Assembly (NCBI GenBank): GCA_018819305.1
Contig: JAHJQO010000010.1
Location: 8,429-72,428, forward strand
Direction: 5' to 3'
From: Nanobdellota archaeon
GTDB taxonomy: Archaea > Nanobdellota > Nanobdellia > Woesearchaeales > SM23-78
DNA length: 64,000 nt
A model generated the notes under the pieces. It saw only the letters and a program-made list of their open reading frames with translations, ran no database searches and was not told the DNA's origin. The first letter of the stretch is position 1, and the number at the start of each line of letters is the position of its first letter. The position numbers and the translations under genes were made by a program. This document shows positions 46,782 through 56,320 of this stretch, one piece after another.

Positions 46782-47959
46782 TTATGAAAATACTTGTTTT
46801 GAATTCTGGAAGCAGTTCATTAAAATACAAGCTGTTTGATATGAATTCTGAAAAAGAATTAATTTCTGGCCATGTTGATGGAATAGGGCTTGACAGATGT
46901 GTTATTAAGATAAAATATGCAAAAGGTGTTGATGAAGAAAAAGTTCTTGTCAAAGACCATGTTGATGCAGTTATGCTTGCCTTGAAATCACTTAAAGATA
47001 AAAAAATTATTAGAGATTATTCTGAGATAAATGCAATTGGCCATAGAGTTGTTCATGGCGGAGAAAATTATTCAGACCCTGTGATTATTGACAGTAAAGT
47101 AATTCATACAATAAAAGAATTATTTGACCTGGCACCATTGCATAATCCTCCAAATCTGGCAGGTATTCTTGCTTGCAGGAAAATGCTGCCTAAAATTTCT
47201 CAGGTCGCTGTTTTTGACACTGCTTTTCATCAGAGTTTGCCTAAAGAAGCATATCTTTATGGCTTGCCATATGAGCTTTATGAAAAGTTTAAAATAAGAA
47301 AATATGGTTTTCATGGAACCAGCCACAAATATGTTGCTAAACAGGCAATTAATTTGCTTGGGATTAAAAATAGCAGAATAATAACTTGTCATCTTGGTAA
47401 TGGTTGTTCTCTTGCTGCTGTTCTTAATGGAAAATCAATTGAGACCTCAATGGGATTAACACCTCTCGAAGGCTTGATTATGGGTACTAGGGCTGGGAGT
47501 TTAGATCCTGCAATACCTGTTTTTCTGATAAAAGACAAAGGATTCAAACCAGATGAAGTTGATAAGCTGATGAATAAGAACTCTGGATTATTGGGAATTT
47601 CTGGATTAACTTCAGATCTTCGTGATTTGCACAAAGCAAATCTCAAAGGAAATAAAAAAGCAGACCTTGCTCTTCAGATGTTTGCACACAGAACAGCATT
47701 TTACATCGGAGGATACATGGCTATACTTGGTGGTCTGGATGCGCTTGTATTCACAGCAGGCATTGGCGAAGGAGCCTGGCACATGAGAAGACGCATTTGT
47801 AATTATCTTGAATCCCTGGGAATAGAGCTTGATTTAAAGCTTAATCGTAAAGGAGGAGTTCTGATATCAAAACCAGATTCTAAAGTAAAAGTTTATGTGA
47901 TACCAACCAATGAAGAACTGCAGATAGCCAGAGAGACTAAAGAGGTGGTTGGGAAATAA
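46778..47959 (+). CDS. ackA: Acetate kinase
   Basis: ILVLNSGSSSLKY, GHRVVHGG, FDTAFH, YGFHGTSH and CHLGNG. The start overlaps the pta stop. Confidence 0.95.
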   Translation: MIMKILVLNSGSSSLKYKLFDMNSEKELISGHVDGIGLDRCVIKIKYAKGVDEEKVLVKDHVDAVMLALKSLKDKKIIRDYSEINAIGHRVVHGGENYSDPVIIDSKVIHTIKELFDLAPLHNPPNLAGILACRKMLPKISQVAVFDTAFHQSLPKEAYLYGLPYELYEKFKIRKYGFHGTSHKYVAKQAINLLGIKNSRIITCHLGNGCSLAAVLNGKSIETSMGLTPLEGLIMGTRAGSLDPAIPVFLIKDKGFKPDEVDKLMNKNSGLLGISGLTSDLRDLHKANLKGNKKADLALQMFAHRTAFYIGGYMAILGGLDALVFTAGIGEGAWHMRRRICNYLESLGIELDLKLNRKGGVLISKPDSKVKVYVIPTNEELQIARETKEVVGK

Positions 47960-48017
47960 GTTCTGATAAAGAATTTTATCAAAGCATTTAAATAATCATT
48001 TTAGTTCTTGTTTTTTT

Positions 48018-48536
48018 ATGAAAGTAACTTTGTTCATGGCAGTATCCTTGAATGGGTTTATTGCAAGAAAAGATGGGGAAGAAGACTTCTTATCACATGA
48101 TAACTGGAACTCTTTTTCTGAACTGGTAAACTCTCACAAAAACTTTGTTATAGGAAGAAAAACTTATGAAGCAGTGAAGAAATGGGGTGAAGAATACAGC
48201 TTTGATGACTTCACCAATGCTAAAAAGATAGTTGTTTCAAAAAACAAAGATTACAAACTTGATAAAGGATATATATTGGCTTCAAGCCCTGAAGAAGCAA
48301 TAAATATATTCAAAGAGCAAGGAGCAGAGAAAGCCTTAATAACAGGAGGCTCCAACTTAAACACTGCCTTTGCAAAAAAAGGTTTGATAAACGAAATAAT
48401 TCTCAACATAGAACCAAAGATTATAGGAGAAGGAATACCGCTGTTCTTTACTGATAAGTTTGATTTAGAACTGGAATTGAAAGACATAAAGGAGTTAGGA
48501 AAAGGATTATTGCAGGTAAGGTATGAGGTTGGGTGA
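48018..48536 (+). CDS. Dihydrofolate reductase-like / RibD C-terminal domain protein
   Basis: MAVSLNGFIARKDGEEDFL...GRKTYE...ITGGSNLN pattern. Confidence 0.7.
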   Translation: MKVTLFMAVSLNGFIARKDGEEDFLSHDNWNSFSELVNSHKNFVIGRKTYEAVKKWGEEYSFDDFTNAKKIVVSKNKDYKLDKGYILASSPEEAINIFKEQGAEKALITGGSNLNTAFAKKGLINEIILNIEPKIIGEGIPLFFTDKFDLELELKDIKELGKGLLQVRYEVG

Positions 48537-48760
48537 GTGCAGATATCCTAAATATTGCTGGAGGAGACTCACCAAGCAATAAAGCTGCTTTTAAAATCAT
48601 GGAAGAAGTAGGATGGTTTTCTAAGAAATAAAACAGTCATATATTATTATTACTGGCAGTAGCAGTCACATTCCTAATCCATACCCTCAAAGGCACACCT
48701 GAGACGCTCATGTCAACGCTGCCAACAGCGATATTGGTCTTGCCTTCGTTTTTCTTTCTG

Positions 48761-48781
48761 GGGGTATAAGAAGAGGAAGAA
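48761..48781 (+). repeat. 21-bp direct repeat, left copy
   Basis: ggggtataagaagaggaagaa, identical to 50493-50513. About 20 nt of imperfect similarity extends upstream of both copies. Confidence 0.8.
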
Positions 48782-48850
48782 GGCGGCGAGCTAGTTGAAG
48801 AGGGAATTAGTATTTATATTAATTTATATTCTTGACGTAACTGGGAACAA

Positions 48851-49513
48851 TTATAATTGGTCAAATAGTTCAAAAACCTTGCCCTTTACAGGCACGCTCA
48901 CGTTTCTGCTTTCTAAATCATTGATTCTCTCTATGAAATACCAGATAAGTTCTTTTCTTCTTTTTTTATCATCACAAAGTTCTGCTTGTACTTTTAGTTC
49001 ATCATAAATAATATTCCAATCTACTCCTCTTTTGATCAGGTCTATGCTGTCTTCAACATCATTTTGTCTGTCAGGAGATAATGATTTAAAGATTACAATG
49101 TCTTCTTTACTGCAAATGTGTACCTTTAGGAATTTGAGTTCCAATACTTTTTCAGAGCGTTCAATCATGCCTTTGCTTAGGCAGAACCCTTTAATAACTG
49201 TCTTAACAAAGAGGTCGAATCTAAATTCATCCTTTTCAAGCATTGCAAAGATATCAAGTTTATCAAAAGTTAATGGTTTGCGCATTATTGTAAAACCTAA
49301 TTTTTCTAATGCATTCTTATAGCTCTCGAATTGTTTATTATTTTCAAAGACAACATCTACATCCTTAGTATATCCTTTTCCAACACCATGATGTAATAAA
49401 GCAGCACCCCCTATTATGAATAATGACACTTTTTCATCCAGCTTTTCATTAATTTTTTCAAACAATTCTTTTAAGTCTTCAAATTTGTAAATCATACTCC
49501 TCACCTTTTTCAA
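48851..49513 (-). CDS. Nucleotidyltransferase-fold protein (AbiEii-like toxin candidate)
   Basis: LFIIGGAALLHHGVGKGYTKDVDVVF resembles the GG-x-A-L...R-x-T-x-D-(I/V)-D NTase motif. It overlaps the upstream wHTH gene. Confidence 0.4.
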   Translation of the reverse strand: MKKVRSMIYKFEDLKELFEKINEKLDEKVSLFIIGGAALLHHGVGKGYTKDVDVVFENNKQFESYKNALEKLGFTIMRKPLTFDKLDIFAMLEKDEFRFDLFVKTVIKGFCLSKGMIERSEKVLELKFLKVHICSKEDIVIFKSLSPDRQNDVEDSIDLIKRGVDWNIIYDELKVQAELCDDKKRRKELIWYFIERINDLESRNVSVPVKGKVFELFDQL

Positions 49514-50423
49514 TTATTTCTGTTTTGGTTGGAAAACCATCTTCTTTATTAATTTCCCCTTTTACTATTTTTTTTAAAATATCTAAATCATGATGTTTTG
49601 TTTTTTTTAGATGATTCAGATTTTTTTTATAGAATAAATAGCAGTAAAGCCTTCTCCTTGCGCTTTCCTCATTCTCAGCGCCTGCGATTCGCAATGAATC
49701 TAAAAGTATTGTTTGTGTATCCAGCTTTTTTTTAGGCAGATGGTCTAATCTATAGAAGAGCTCTCTTTCCATTAATTTAATTCCATATGTATCATAAGCA
49801 GAGAAAGCTGTTTTTGCAGCAAAATCTATCTCTGTTTGAAGTGAGAAAATTATTTCATAGGGGCTTTCATAATAAATCTTGGCATTACTTGGAAGTTTTT
49901 TAAATTGAGAAAGGACATAATGGCTTTTATATAGGCTGATAAATTCATATAGGCCACCCCACAGCTCTTTATTAAAACTCAGATTTCCTTTAGATCTTCT
50001 TATTATCTGTCTTTTAATGAATTTTCTTATATATGGATAAACTGAAGAAGGATTCGAACCAATCTTCTTTGCCAAATCTTCAATTCTAAAATCTTCTTTA
50101 TGAATTAAGCTCATCAGAATTAATATTCCTTTGTTTTTAAGAACTTCTGTTAAAGTAGAGTCATCCCTGATGAGATTGGATAGATGCCTTGCAAACATAT
50201 TTGAAGAGATCACAAATTTAGTAATCTTCTTTTCCAGGAAACCTCCTTTTATTAGCTCATTCAGATACTTATAGGTTAATGATACGCTGATTTTTAGATT
50301 TTGAGAGATATCTCTAATCGAAACCTCTGTCTTCTGCGTTATCAGTTCAATAATCCTGAATTGGGTCTTGTTTAAATCCATTTTTATTAAAAAGTTGGAA
50401 TCATTTATAAATGTTTCCAACAA
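49479..50423 (-). CDS. Winged-helix DNA-binding protein (AbiEi-like antitoxin/regulator candidate)
   Basis: Two MarR-like wHTH segments (QFRIIELITQKTEVSIRDISQNLKISVSLTYKYLNELIKGGFL; RIEDLAKKIGSNPSSVYPYIRKFIKRQII). Confidence 0.4.
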   Translation of the reverse strand: MLETFINDSNFLIKMDLNKTQFRIIELITQKTEVSIRDISQNLKISVSLTYKYLNELIKGGFLEKKITKFVISSNMFARHLSNLIRDDSTLTEVLKNKGILILMSLIHKEDFRIEDLAKKIGSNPSSVYPYIRKFIKRQIIRRSKGNLSFNKELWGGLYEFISLYKSHYVLSQFKKLPSNAKIYYESPYEIIFSLQTEIDFAAKTAFSAYDTYGIKLMERELFYRLDHLPKKKLDTQTILLDSLRIAGAENEESARRRLYCYLFYKKNLNHLKKTKHHDLDILKKIVKGEINKEDGFPTKTEIIEKGEEYDLQI

Positions 50424-50492
50424 TATGATAATTTAGCTTGTTTTTGGAGAAATTTCAATAATGATGTTAGTGTTGCTGTTGTTTTTTTATTT

Positions 50493-50513
50493 GGGGTATA
50501 AGAAGAGGAAGAA
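50493..50513 (+). repeat. 21-bp direct repeat, right copy
   Basis: ggggtataagaagaggaagaa, identical to 48761-48781. Confidence 0.8.
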
Positions 50514-50540
50514 ATTTGAGAAAAAAAGCAAATAGTTTTT

Positions 50541-52571
50541 TTATTCTTTTCCGCACAACTTCTTCAAATTTACCCATCGCTTGTCGACATTGGCTTGTAA
50601 TGCCTCAATAATGTGCGCATTCTCTGGCTTCATGAGGTGCCTGAATCTTTTCTGCATCTTTAGCCATTCGATTATTGGTTTCTTTCTCTCGCCAGGGTCA
50701 AAGTTTAATTTCCATTCATCGTTTTCTACTTCAAATAACGGCCAGAAACAAGTGTCAACAGCCATCTTTGCCATTTTAAGTGTCATTTGCATTGGATATT
50801 TCCAGCCTGGAACACATGGACTGAGGACATTGAGGAATGCAGGGCCTTTGACTGCAAATGCTTTTTCAGACTTTCTAACCAAATCCATGTAATTATGAGG
50901 ACTGGCTTGTGCAACATAAGGAATATGATGACCTGCAACAACAGCTGTTAAATCTTTTCTAAATTGTTCTTTTCCCTGATGCACTTTTCCAACTTGTGAA
51001 GTATTTGTCCATGCACCATAAGGAGTGCTTGAACTTCTCTGAATTCCTGTATTATGAACAACTATTCCGTCTGCTACAAAATTATGTTCATCTTCAACTC
51101 TTAAGTCAAGTGTAGGTTCTTCTTTCACAAACTTAATATTCATTATTTTCTCAGAACTAAACCATTCATTGTCAACCAAAAAATCTCTTTGCTTTGTCTG
51201 AGATAAGTATTTATCAACATCTGCTCCTTTTTTCTTGCTAAAACAAATATATCCATAAGTAGAGTCTTCTAACAATTCCCTGTAAACAACATATGTTCCT
51301 TTTTTCTTAGTTTGTTGATGTATCTTTCCTACCTGATAATTCATTGTCTGTAGCAATAATCTTAATGTTTTCAATAAATCAATACTTGCAGAAACATATC
51401 TATGGCTCTCACCAATTTTATATCCGTCTGAAAGCATTAATCCATTAAGAAAAGCTTCTTTCTCTTTTAATGGAAGTGTAAAAACCCAGTCAGGAATTAT
51501 TTTATTTTTTGCTCCTTTGCCAAAACCCAATGAGTCAATGAATTTAGCAACGTTTACTGAGTAGATATACATGTAATTAGCATCATTTTCAGCCAATTCT
51601 TTCCTGAATATTTTTTTATAAACTTCTTTTAATCTCTTTCTTCCTTTAGTATTTTTTGGAAGTGCAAATCCTGTTTCTGCTTTATGCTCTCTTACCCAAC
51701 CATCGCCAACATACAATCCTAAGAATTCCATTAGTTCAGGAGAACTTTTCACAGGGATTTTAATATTATTAATCTTGTTTACTTTATAATCTCCTTTTTG
51801 TGATAGTTTGATAGTAGGAAATGCATGGCTCTTACCATCTAATGATTTTTTCAGGACAATGACTTCATCTCCTTTTTTTAGTTCTTCTAATTTCTTCCAT
51901 ATTAATTTATTCTCTTTTTTCTTCCGGCTTCTATTAACGATAAGGAAAGGATGATTAGAAGTTGCTTTGATTGAATGATGCAAAGTGTTTAGTTCATAAA
52001 CTTTTTTTATTCCATTATCAAAAATACCGCTGCATTTTTTCAATACTAAATCTCCGTTCTTTTGGTTAAATGCATAAACTTTTTCTCCTACTTTTATTTC
52101 AGTTATTCTTTTTAATCCTTTTTCTGTCATTATAAGAGTATCAAGACTTAAACAATTCATATACCCCTCATTATCAAGGCATACATAAACAAAATTATGC
52201 CCTCTTTCAAGAGCACCAGATAAACTTTGCAATCCTATATCGTATGTTCCACCATCGCCGGCAAAAGCAAGGAATTTTATTTCTTTTGTAATCTTGCCTT
52301 TTCTTTTAAGAACATTAAAAGCAGCTTCTGCTCCTGAAATAGTTGCGGCTGCATTTTCAAATGCATTGTGTATCCATGGAACATTCCACGCAGTATATGG
52401 ATAAATAGTAGTGCTAACTTCAAGACATCCGGTTGCATTGCTGACAACAATCGGGTCTTTGGTGCCTCGCATAACAGCTCTTGCAATTATAGATAAGCCA
52501 CATCCAGGGCAAAGTCTATGTCCTGGTGCTAATCGTTCTCCTGTTAATGCAAGTTCTCGAATGTTTGCCAT
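50541..52571 (-). CDS. porB: Pyruvate (2-oxoacid):ferredoxin oxidoreductase beta subunit, interrupted by an intein
   Basis: Exteins: [14 protein letters not shown]...CLDNEGYMN | [15 protein letters not shown] (TPP motif) and a C-terminal PorB region. 676 aa in total, of which 368 aa are intein. Confidence 0.9.
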   Translation of the reverse strand: MANIRELALTGERLAPGHRLCPGCGLSIIARAVMRGTKDPIVVSNATGCLEVSTTIYPYTAWNVPWIHNAFENAAATISGAEAAFNVLKRKGKITKEIKFLAFAGDGGTYDIGLQSLSGALERGHNFVYVCLDNEGYMNCLSLDTLIMTEKGLKRITEIKVGEKVYAFNQKNGDLVLKKCSGIFDNGIKKVYELNTLHHSIKATSNHPFLIVNRSRKKKENKLIWKKLEELKKGDEVIVLKKSLDGKSHAFPTIKLSQKGDYKVNKINNIKIPVKSSPELMEFLGLYVGDGWVREHKAETGFALPKNTKGRKRLKEVYKKIFRKELAENDANYMYIYSVNVAKFIDSLGFGKGAKNKIIPDWVFTLPLKEKEAFLNGLMLSDGYKIGESHRYVSASIDLLKTLRLLLQTMNYQVGKIHQQTKKKGTYVVYRELLEDSTYGYICFSKKKGADVDKYLSQTKQRDFLVDNEWFSSEKIMNIKFVKEEPTLDLRVEDEHNFVADGIVVHNTGIQRSSSTPYGAWTNTSQVGKVHQGKEQFRKDLTAVVAGHHIPYVAQASPHNYMDLVRKSEKAFAVKGPAFLNVLSPCVPGWKYPMQMTLKMAKMAVDTCFWPLFEVENDEWKLNFDPGERKKPIIEWLKMQKRFRHLMKPENAHIIEALQANVDKRWVNLKKLCGKE
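51051..52154 (-). mobile_element. Intein with LAGLIDADG homing-endonuclease domain inside porB
   Basis: Starts CLSLDTLIM (Cys1). Block B is KATSNHPF, the LAGLIDADG motifs are [10 protein letters not shown] and [10 protein letters not shown], and it ends [10 protein letters not shown] followed by the +1 Thr. I checked the codon boundaries on the DNA (tgt at 52154-52152, aat at 51053-51051). Confidence 0.85.
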
Positions 52572-53749
52572 TATTCTCTTACTCCTAAATATCTTACTCT
52601 TTCTCCAACATTTGTTTTTACTTCTTCTAATTCAGCAAAAACTTTTTTTATCTGAGCAATATCTAATTCCCGACCACCCAGTCCATAAATATAATCAATA
52701 ATATTTGGCTTTTCAGTTTCTTCATGAAAACTACTTCTAATCTCAGAAAACAATGGCCCGCCAAATGCTCCAAAACTATCGCTTCTGTCAAGAACAGCAA
52801 CAGCTTTTACTCCTCTTAGTTTTTCAACAACCATGTCATTAAGCCAGGGTCTAAATACTCTCATTTTCAAAAGACCAACCTTCTGCCCCTGTTCTCTTAG
52901 CTCATCAATCACAACTCTTATTGTTCCTGCACTGCTGTTTGCACAAACAATTACTTTTTCAGCATCTTCTAATCGATAACCTTCGAAAAAATCATAATGT
53001 TTACCTGTTATTTTTCCAAACTCATCAAAAACCTCTCTAATAACTTTTACAGAGTTCTGCATAGCATCGACTTGTTGTCTTTTGTGCTCAAAATAATAGT
53101 CAAATAAATCAAGAGGACCATAAGTTACAGGTTTATCTACATCAAGCAAAGGGTAATGGCCAACATACTCTCCAATAAAGTTTTTTACTGTTTCATCATC
53201 TAGAAGCTCAACAGTTTCAACACAATGGCTTGTAATAAAACCATCTTGGCAAACCATTACTGGCAGTAATACATCAGTATGTTCCGCAATTCTCATTGCC
53301 ATTATTGTGTTTTCATATGCTTCTTCTCCATTTTCAGAATAAATCTGAATCCATCCAGAATCACGACAGCCCATGCTGTCAGAATGATCGCAATGAATAT
53401 TAATCGGACCACTTAAAGCTCTGTTAACAATATTCATAACAATAGGCAGTCTTGTACTTGCAGCAATATATACGATCTCCCACATCAATGCCAAGCCATT
53501 TGCACTTGTTGCAGTCATTGTTCTTGCGCCTGCAGCACTTGAGCCAACACAAGCACTCATTGCACTGTGCTCTGATTCAACTGTTATGAATTCAGTATCA
53601 ACATCACCATCAGCAACAAACTGGGAAAAAGCATGCATTATATTTGTCTGAGGAGTAATAGGATAAGCAGCAACAACATCAGGATTAATCTGGCGCATTG
53701 CTTCAGCTGTGCACTGGGCTCCTGTAAATGCTTTTCTTTTCTTTACCAT
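52571..53749 (-). CDS. porA: Pyruvate (2-oxoacid):ferredoxin oxidoreductase alpha subunit
   Basis: [21 protein letters not shown], and [10 protein letters not shown]. Confidence 0.9.
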   Translation of the reverse strand: MVKKRKAFTGAQCTAEAMRQINPDVVAAYPITPQTNIMHAFSQFVADGDVDTEFITVESEHSAMSACVGSSAAGARTMTATSANGLALMWEIVYIAASTRLPIVMNIVNRALSGPINIHCDHSDSMGCRDSGWIQIYSENGEEAYENTIMAMRIAEHTDVLLPVMVCQDGFITSHCVETVELLDDETVKNFIGEYVGHYPLLDVDKPVTYGPLDLFDYYFEHKRQQVDAMQNSVKVIREVFDEFGKITGKHYDFFEGYRLEDAEKVIVCANSSAGTIRVVIDELREQGQKVGLLKMRVFRPWLNDMVVEKLRGVKAVAVLDRSDSFGAFGGPLFSEIRSSFHEETEKPNIIDYIYGLGGRELDIAQIKKVFAELEEVKTNVGERVRYLGVRE

Positions 53750-53750
53750 T

Positions 53751-54098
53751 TTAATCCTTAAACTCTTTTTCTTCTTTCATTTCAATTGCTTTGAAAGGAC
53801 ATTCTTCTGCGCAAACACCACAGCCTTTGCAATAATCTAAATCAAAACCACCAAAATTACCTAAGTTTGGTTTATCACTCACACCTTTTTGGCCTTTTGC
53901 AGGACAATCAACTCCACCGACTTTAATAGCAGAGTCAGGGCATATCATCCAGCAAATCATGCAGTTGGTGCATTTTTCAGGATTATGTAAAGGCCTGAAA
54001 GTTCTCCAGTCGCCTGTTTTATATTCTTTGCTGTTGCCCGCTTCAAGTATCTTGCCGCCAATAGGAATTTCTTTCCAGTTCTTTAATTTTCCACTCAT
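53751..54098 (-). CDS. porD: Pyruvate:ferredoxin oxidoreductase delta subunit (2x[4Fe-4S])
   Basis: CTNCMICWMICP and CKGCGVCAEECP. Confidence 0.85.
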   Translation of the reverse strand: MSGKLKNWKEIPIGGKILEAGNSKEYKTGDWRTFRPLHNPEKCTNCMICWMICPDSAIKVGGVDCPAKGQKGVSDKPNLGNFGGFDLDYCKGCGVCAEECPFKAIEMKEEKEFKD

Positions 54099-54664
54099 AT
54101 CTGGACCTCATTATATGCTCTTTCAAAAGCTTTAACATTTTTCTCAGCTAAGTCTTTACCAAGATTATGTTCAAAATGTTTTAACATATGGGTTTTTAAT
54201 GTTTCATAATCAACACAATTAGTTGCTTTTTCAACAACTCCAAGCATTGCAGTGTTTGTAACAGCTCTCCCCAGCTCTTCAAGAGCAATCTTTACAGCAT
54301 CAATAACAATTATTTTTCCATTAAAATTAACAAGACTTTTAACTTCATCAATTGACTGATTTGTATTAATAATCAGAAGACCATCATCACCAAGACCTTC
54401 TGTCACAGGAATGCTCTTAAGCAAAGTTTGATCAAGTACAACCACAACATTTGGGTTTGTAATACCAGAATGTAAATAAATTGGATTATCACTAATTCTT
54501 GTAAATGCTTTTACAGGTGCGCCCTGCCTCTCAGCACCATATTCTGGAAAGCTCTGGACATATTTACCCTGTTCAATAGATGCTTCAGCAAGAAGCGCAG
54601 CAGCTGTTTTAGCACCTTGTCCGCCTCTACCATGAAAACGTATCTCAAAGATATCTTTAGACAT
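54095..54664 (-). CDS. porG: Pyruvate:ferredoxin oxidoreductase gamma subunit
   Basis: IRFHGRGGQGAKTAA..LA and FPEYGAERQGAPV. Confidence 0.9.
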   Translation of the reverse strand: MSKDIFEIRFHGRGGQGAKTAAALLAEASIEQGKYVQSFPEYGAERQGAPVKAFTRISDNPIYLHSGITNPNVVVVLDQTLLKSIPVTEGLGDDGLLIINTNQSIDEVKSLVNFNGKIIVIDAVKIALEELGRAVTNTAMLGVVEKATNCVDYETLKTHMLKHFEHNLGKDLAEKNVKAFERAYNEVQI

Positions 54665-54736
54665 TATTTCACTACCTCTCTTAACATCTCAAAATAGAAG
54701 AAGGTTTATATGTTTTTTGGAAGATTGTTCTCGTTT

Positions 54737-55225
54737 TCAAATCAAATCTACCATCCAATCATACTTGAATTCCTGTATTGTTGGAACGCTTTCTATTTCT
54801 CTTATTGTGTTTGCAAATTTTAAACGTATTTCTCTTATTATTCCGTCGTATTGTTTATAATTTTTTGCACAAATTCCTATGCAAAAGTCATATTTTCCAG
54901 AGCATTTACTTACATAGATTATGTTTTTATTTGAGTTAAGAAAAGTTATGAGCTTTTTTTCTTGTTCTGGTTCTATATTGTAACAAGCGAATAGAACCCA
55001 AGTGTATAGTGGGTAACCTAATTTTATTGGGTCAAGCATTGTGTGATGCGCACGGATGACATTTGATTTTTCTAATTTTTTTATTCTATAAACAACAACG
55101 TCTCTTGGTAACTTTGTTTTTTTTGCTATCTGGGCAATTGTCTGCCTGCAGTTCTTTTGCAGTTGCTCAATTATTTTTTTATCCTTTGAATCAAACTTTG
55201 TTTTCTCATCTAAGTCTTGCCGCAT
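54737..55225 (-). CDS. Lrp/AsnC-family transcriptional regulator
   Basis: N-terminal HTH DKKIIEQLQKNCRQTIAQIAKKTKLPRDVVVYRIKKLEKSNVI plus a RAM-like C-terminal domain. Confidence 0.8.
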   Translation of the reverse strand: MRQDLDEKTKFDSKDKKIIEQLQKNCRQTIAQIAKKTKLPRDVVVYRIKKLEKSNVIRAHHTMLDPIKLGYPLYTWVLFACYNIEPEQEKKLITFLNSNKNIIYVSKCSGKYDFCIGICAKNYKQYDGIIREIRLKFANTIREIESVPTIQEFKYDWMVDLI

Positions 55226-55329
55226 ATTAACTTATAATAAGTATTTATTTATAAAATTTTCCTTATTTTAAAGATTTTTTTAAGAGTAAATATATATTCT
55301 GCTAGCTATTTCTTTTTTTTAGTGAAAAA

Positions 55330-56244
55330 ATGAGTACAAATGAAATCAAGAAAGCAGAAAAAGAAGCAATTCTATTGGCTAGAGGAATCTGTTTTGACAT
55401 AATTACAGAACGGCATAAGTATCCTTTTTTAACTCGTAATCAAAAAAATTCTTATGAATGTAACAACTATACATACATTGAAAGAAATGAATTTTTAGAA
55501 GAACTGAAAAAACGTAACATTTCATTTTACTTAGATCATTCCCAGCTTAAATCATCAAGCATACTCGATCTAAGCATGATAGTATATAAGGATCTTATTA
55601 AAGAAAATCAACTTCCTGAGAAAGTTGAATTAAAAACATCTTCTGGTGATTTGCTTTTATCTCAAACCATTGATTATGATAATTTTTTTCTTAACATGGG
55701 TTTTAGGATACTGCTTAGTGATTATAAGAAAATAATGCCTATTTTAGATAATAGGAGTGCGGAATTGTTAGAAAAACATGACTTTCTTGAAGATAAAATT
55801 AGGGGTTGTTGTTTTTCATCCTACTATTTAGGTATGATTTTATATTTTTTAGGGGATAAAAGATCGCCCGAAATTGCAATTAGTGATTATTATAAGGAAA
55901 AAGGGTATGATTTTTCTATTGAAACGTTTAGAGGAGAATATGTGGAAATTAAGAGATGGAATCATATCCCAAAAAATATTATTAATGATTCTCTGTTCAA
56001 GTTAAGGTTTTCAATAAGTCCTGAGATTTTTGGCATACATGAATATGAAAGCACTCGTGTAAATATGAGCATGGGCAAACCATGTTCAAACTTTGTTCTT
56101 TATGATGATGGTGTTTTCAAAGAAAAACCTTTGAGCAGATTTGAATTCACCCATCCAATAACTAAAGGTTCTTTTAAGGATCCTGTTAAAGCAAGGGACA
56201 TTCTTAGATTAGCAGCCAGTTATTGTCAGTTTACAACACCGTAG
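55330..56244 (+). CDS. Hypothetical protein (304 aa)
   Basis: Long ORF with a promoter-like AT-rich upstream region. I recognise no motif. Confidence 0.5.
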   Translation: MSTNEIKKAEKEAILLARGICFDIITERHKYPFLTRNQKNSYECNNYTYIERNEFLEELKKRNISFYLDHSQLKSSSILDLSMIVYKDLIKENQLPEKVELKTSSGDLLLSQTIDYDNFFLNMGFRILLSDYKKIMPILDNRSAELLEKHDFLEDKIRGCCFSSYYLGMILYFLGDKRSPEIAISDYYKEKGYDFSIETFRGEYVEIKRWNHIPKNIINDSLFKLRFSISPEIFGIHEYESTRVNMSMGKPCSNFVLYDDGVFKEKPLSRFEFTHPITKGSFKDPVKARDILRLAASYCQFTTP

Positions 56245-56320
56245 ATAATAAAAAGGTATCTATTTAGAAATAATTCATTCTATTCTTTTCAAAACATTTA
56301 TATAGCTTTATTCAATTATT

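Noticed and set aside
48537-48632. 31-codon ORF (GTG)-SADILNIAGGDSPSNKAAFKIMEEVGWFSKK overlapping the stop of the DHFR-like gene.
   Set aside because: Too short and without a recognisable motif. It could be a remnant of a gene 3' end or chance, and it cannot be supported from sequence alone.
50047-50062. ggattcgaacc, the complement of a tRNA T-loop-like GGTTCGAATCC.
   Set aside because: The flanking bases do not form a T-stem or acceptor stem, and it lies inside a 314-codon ORF. I found no cloverleaf.
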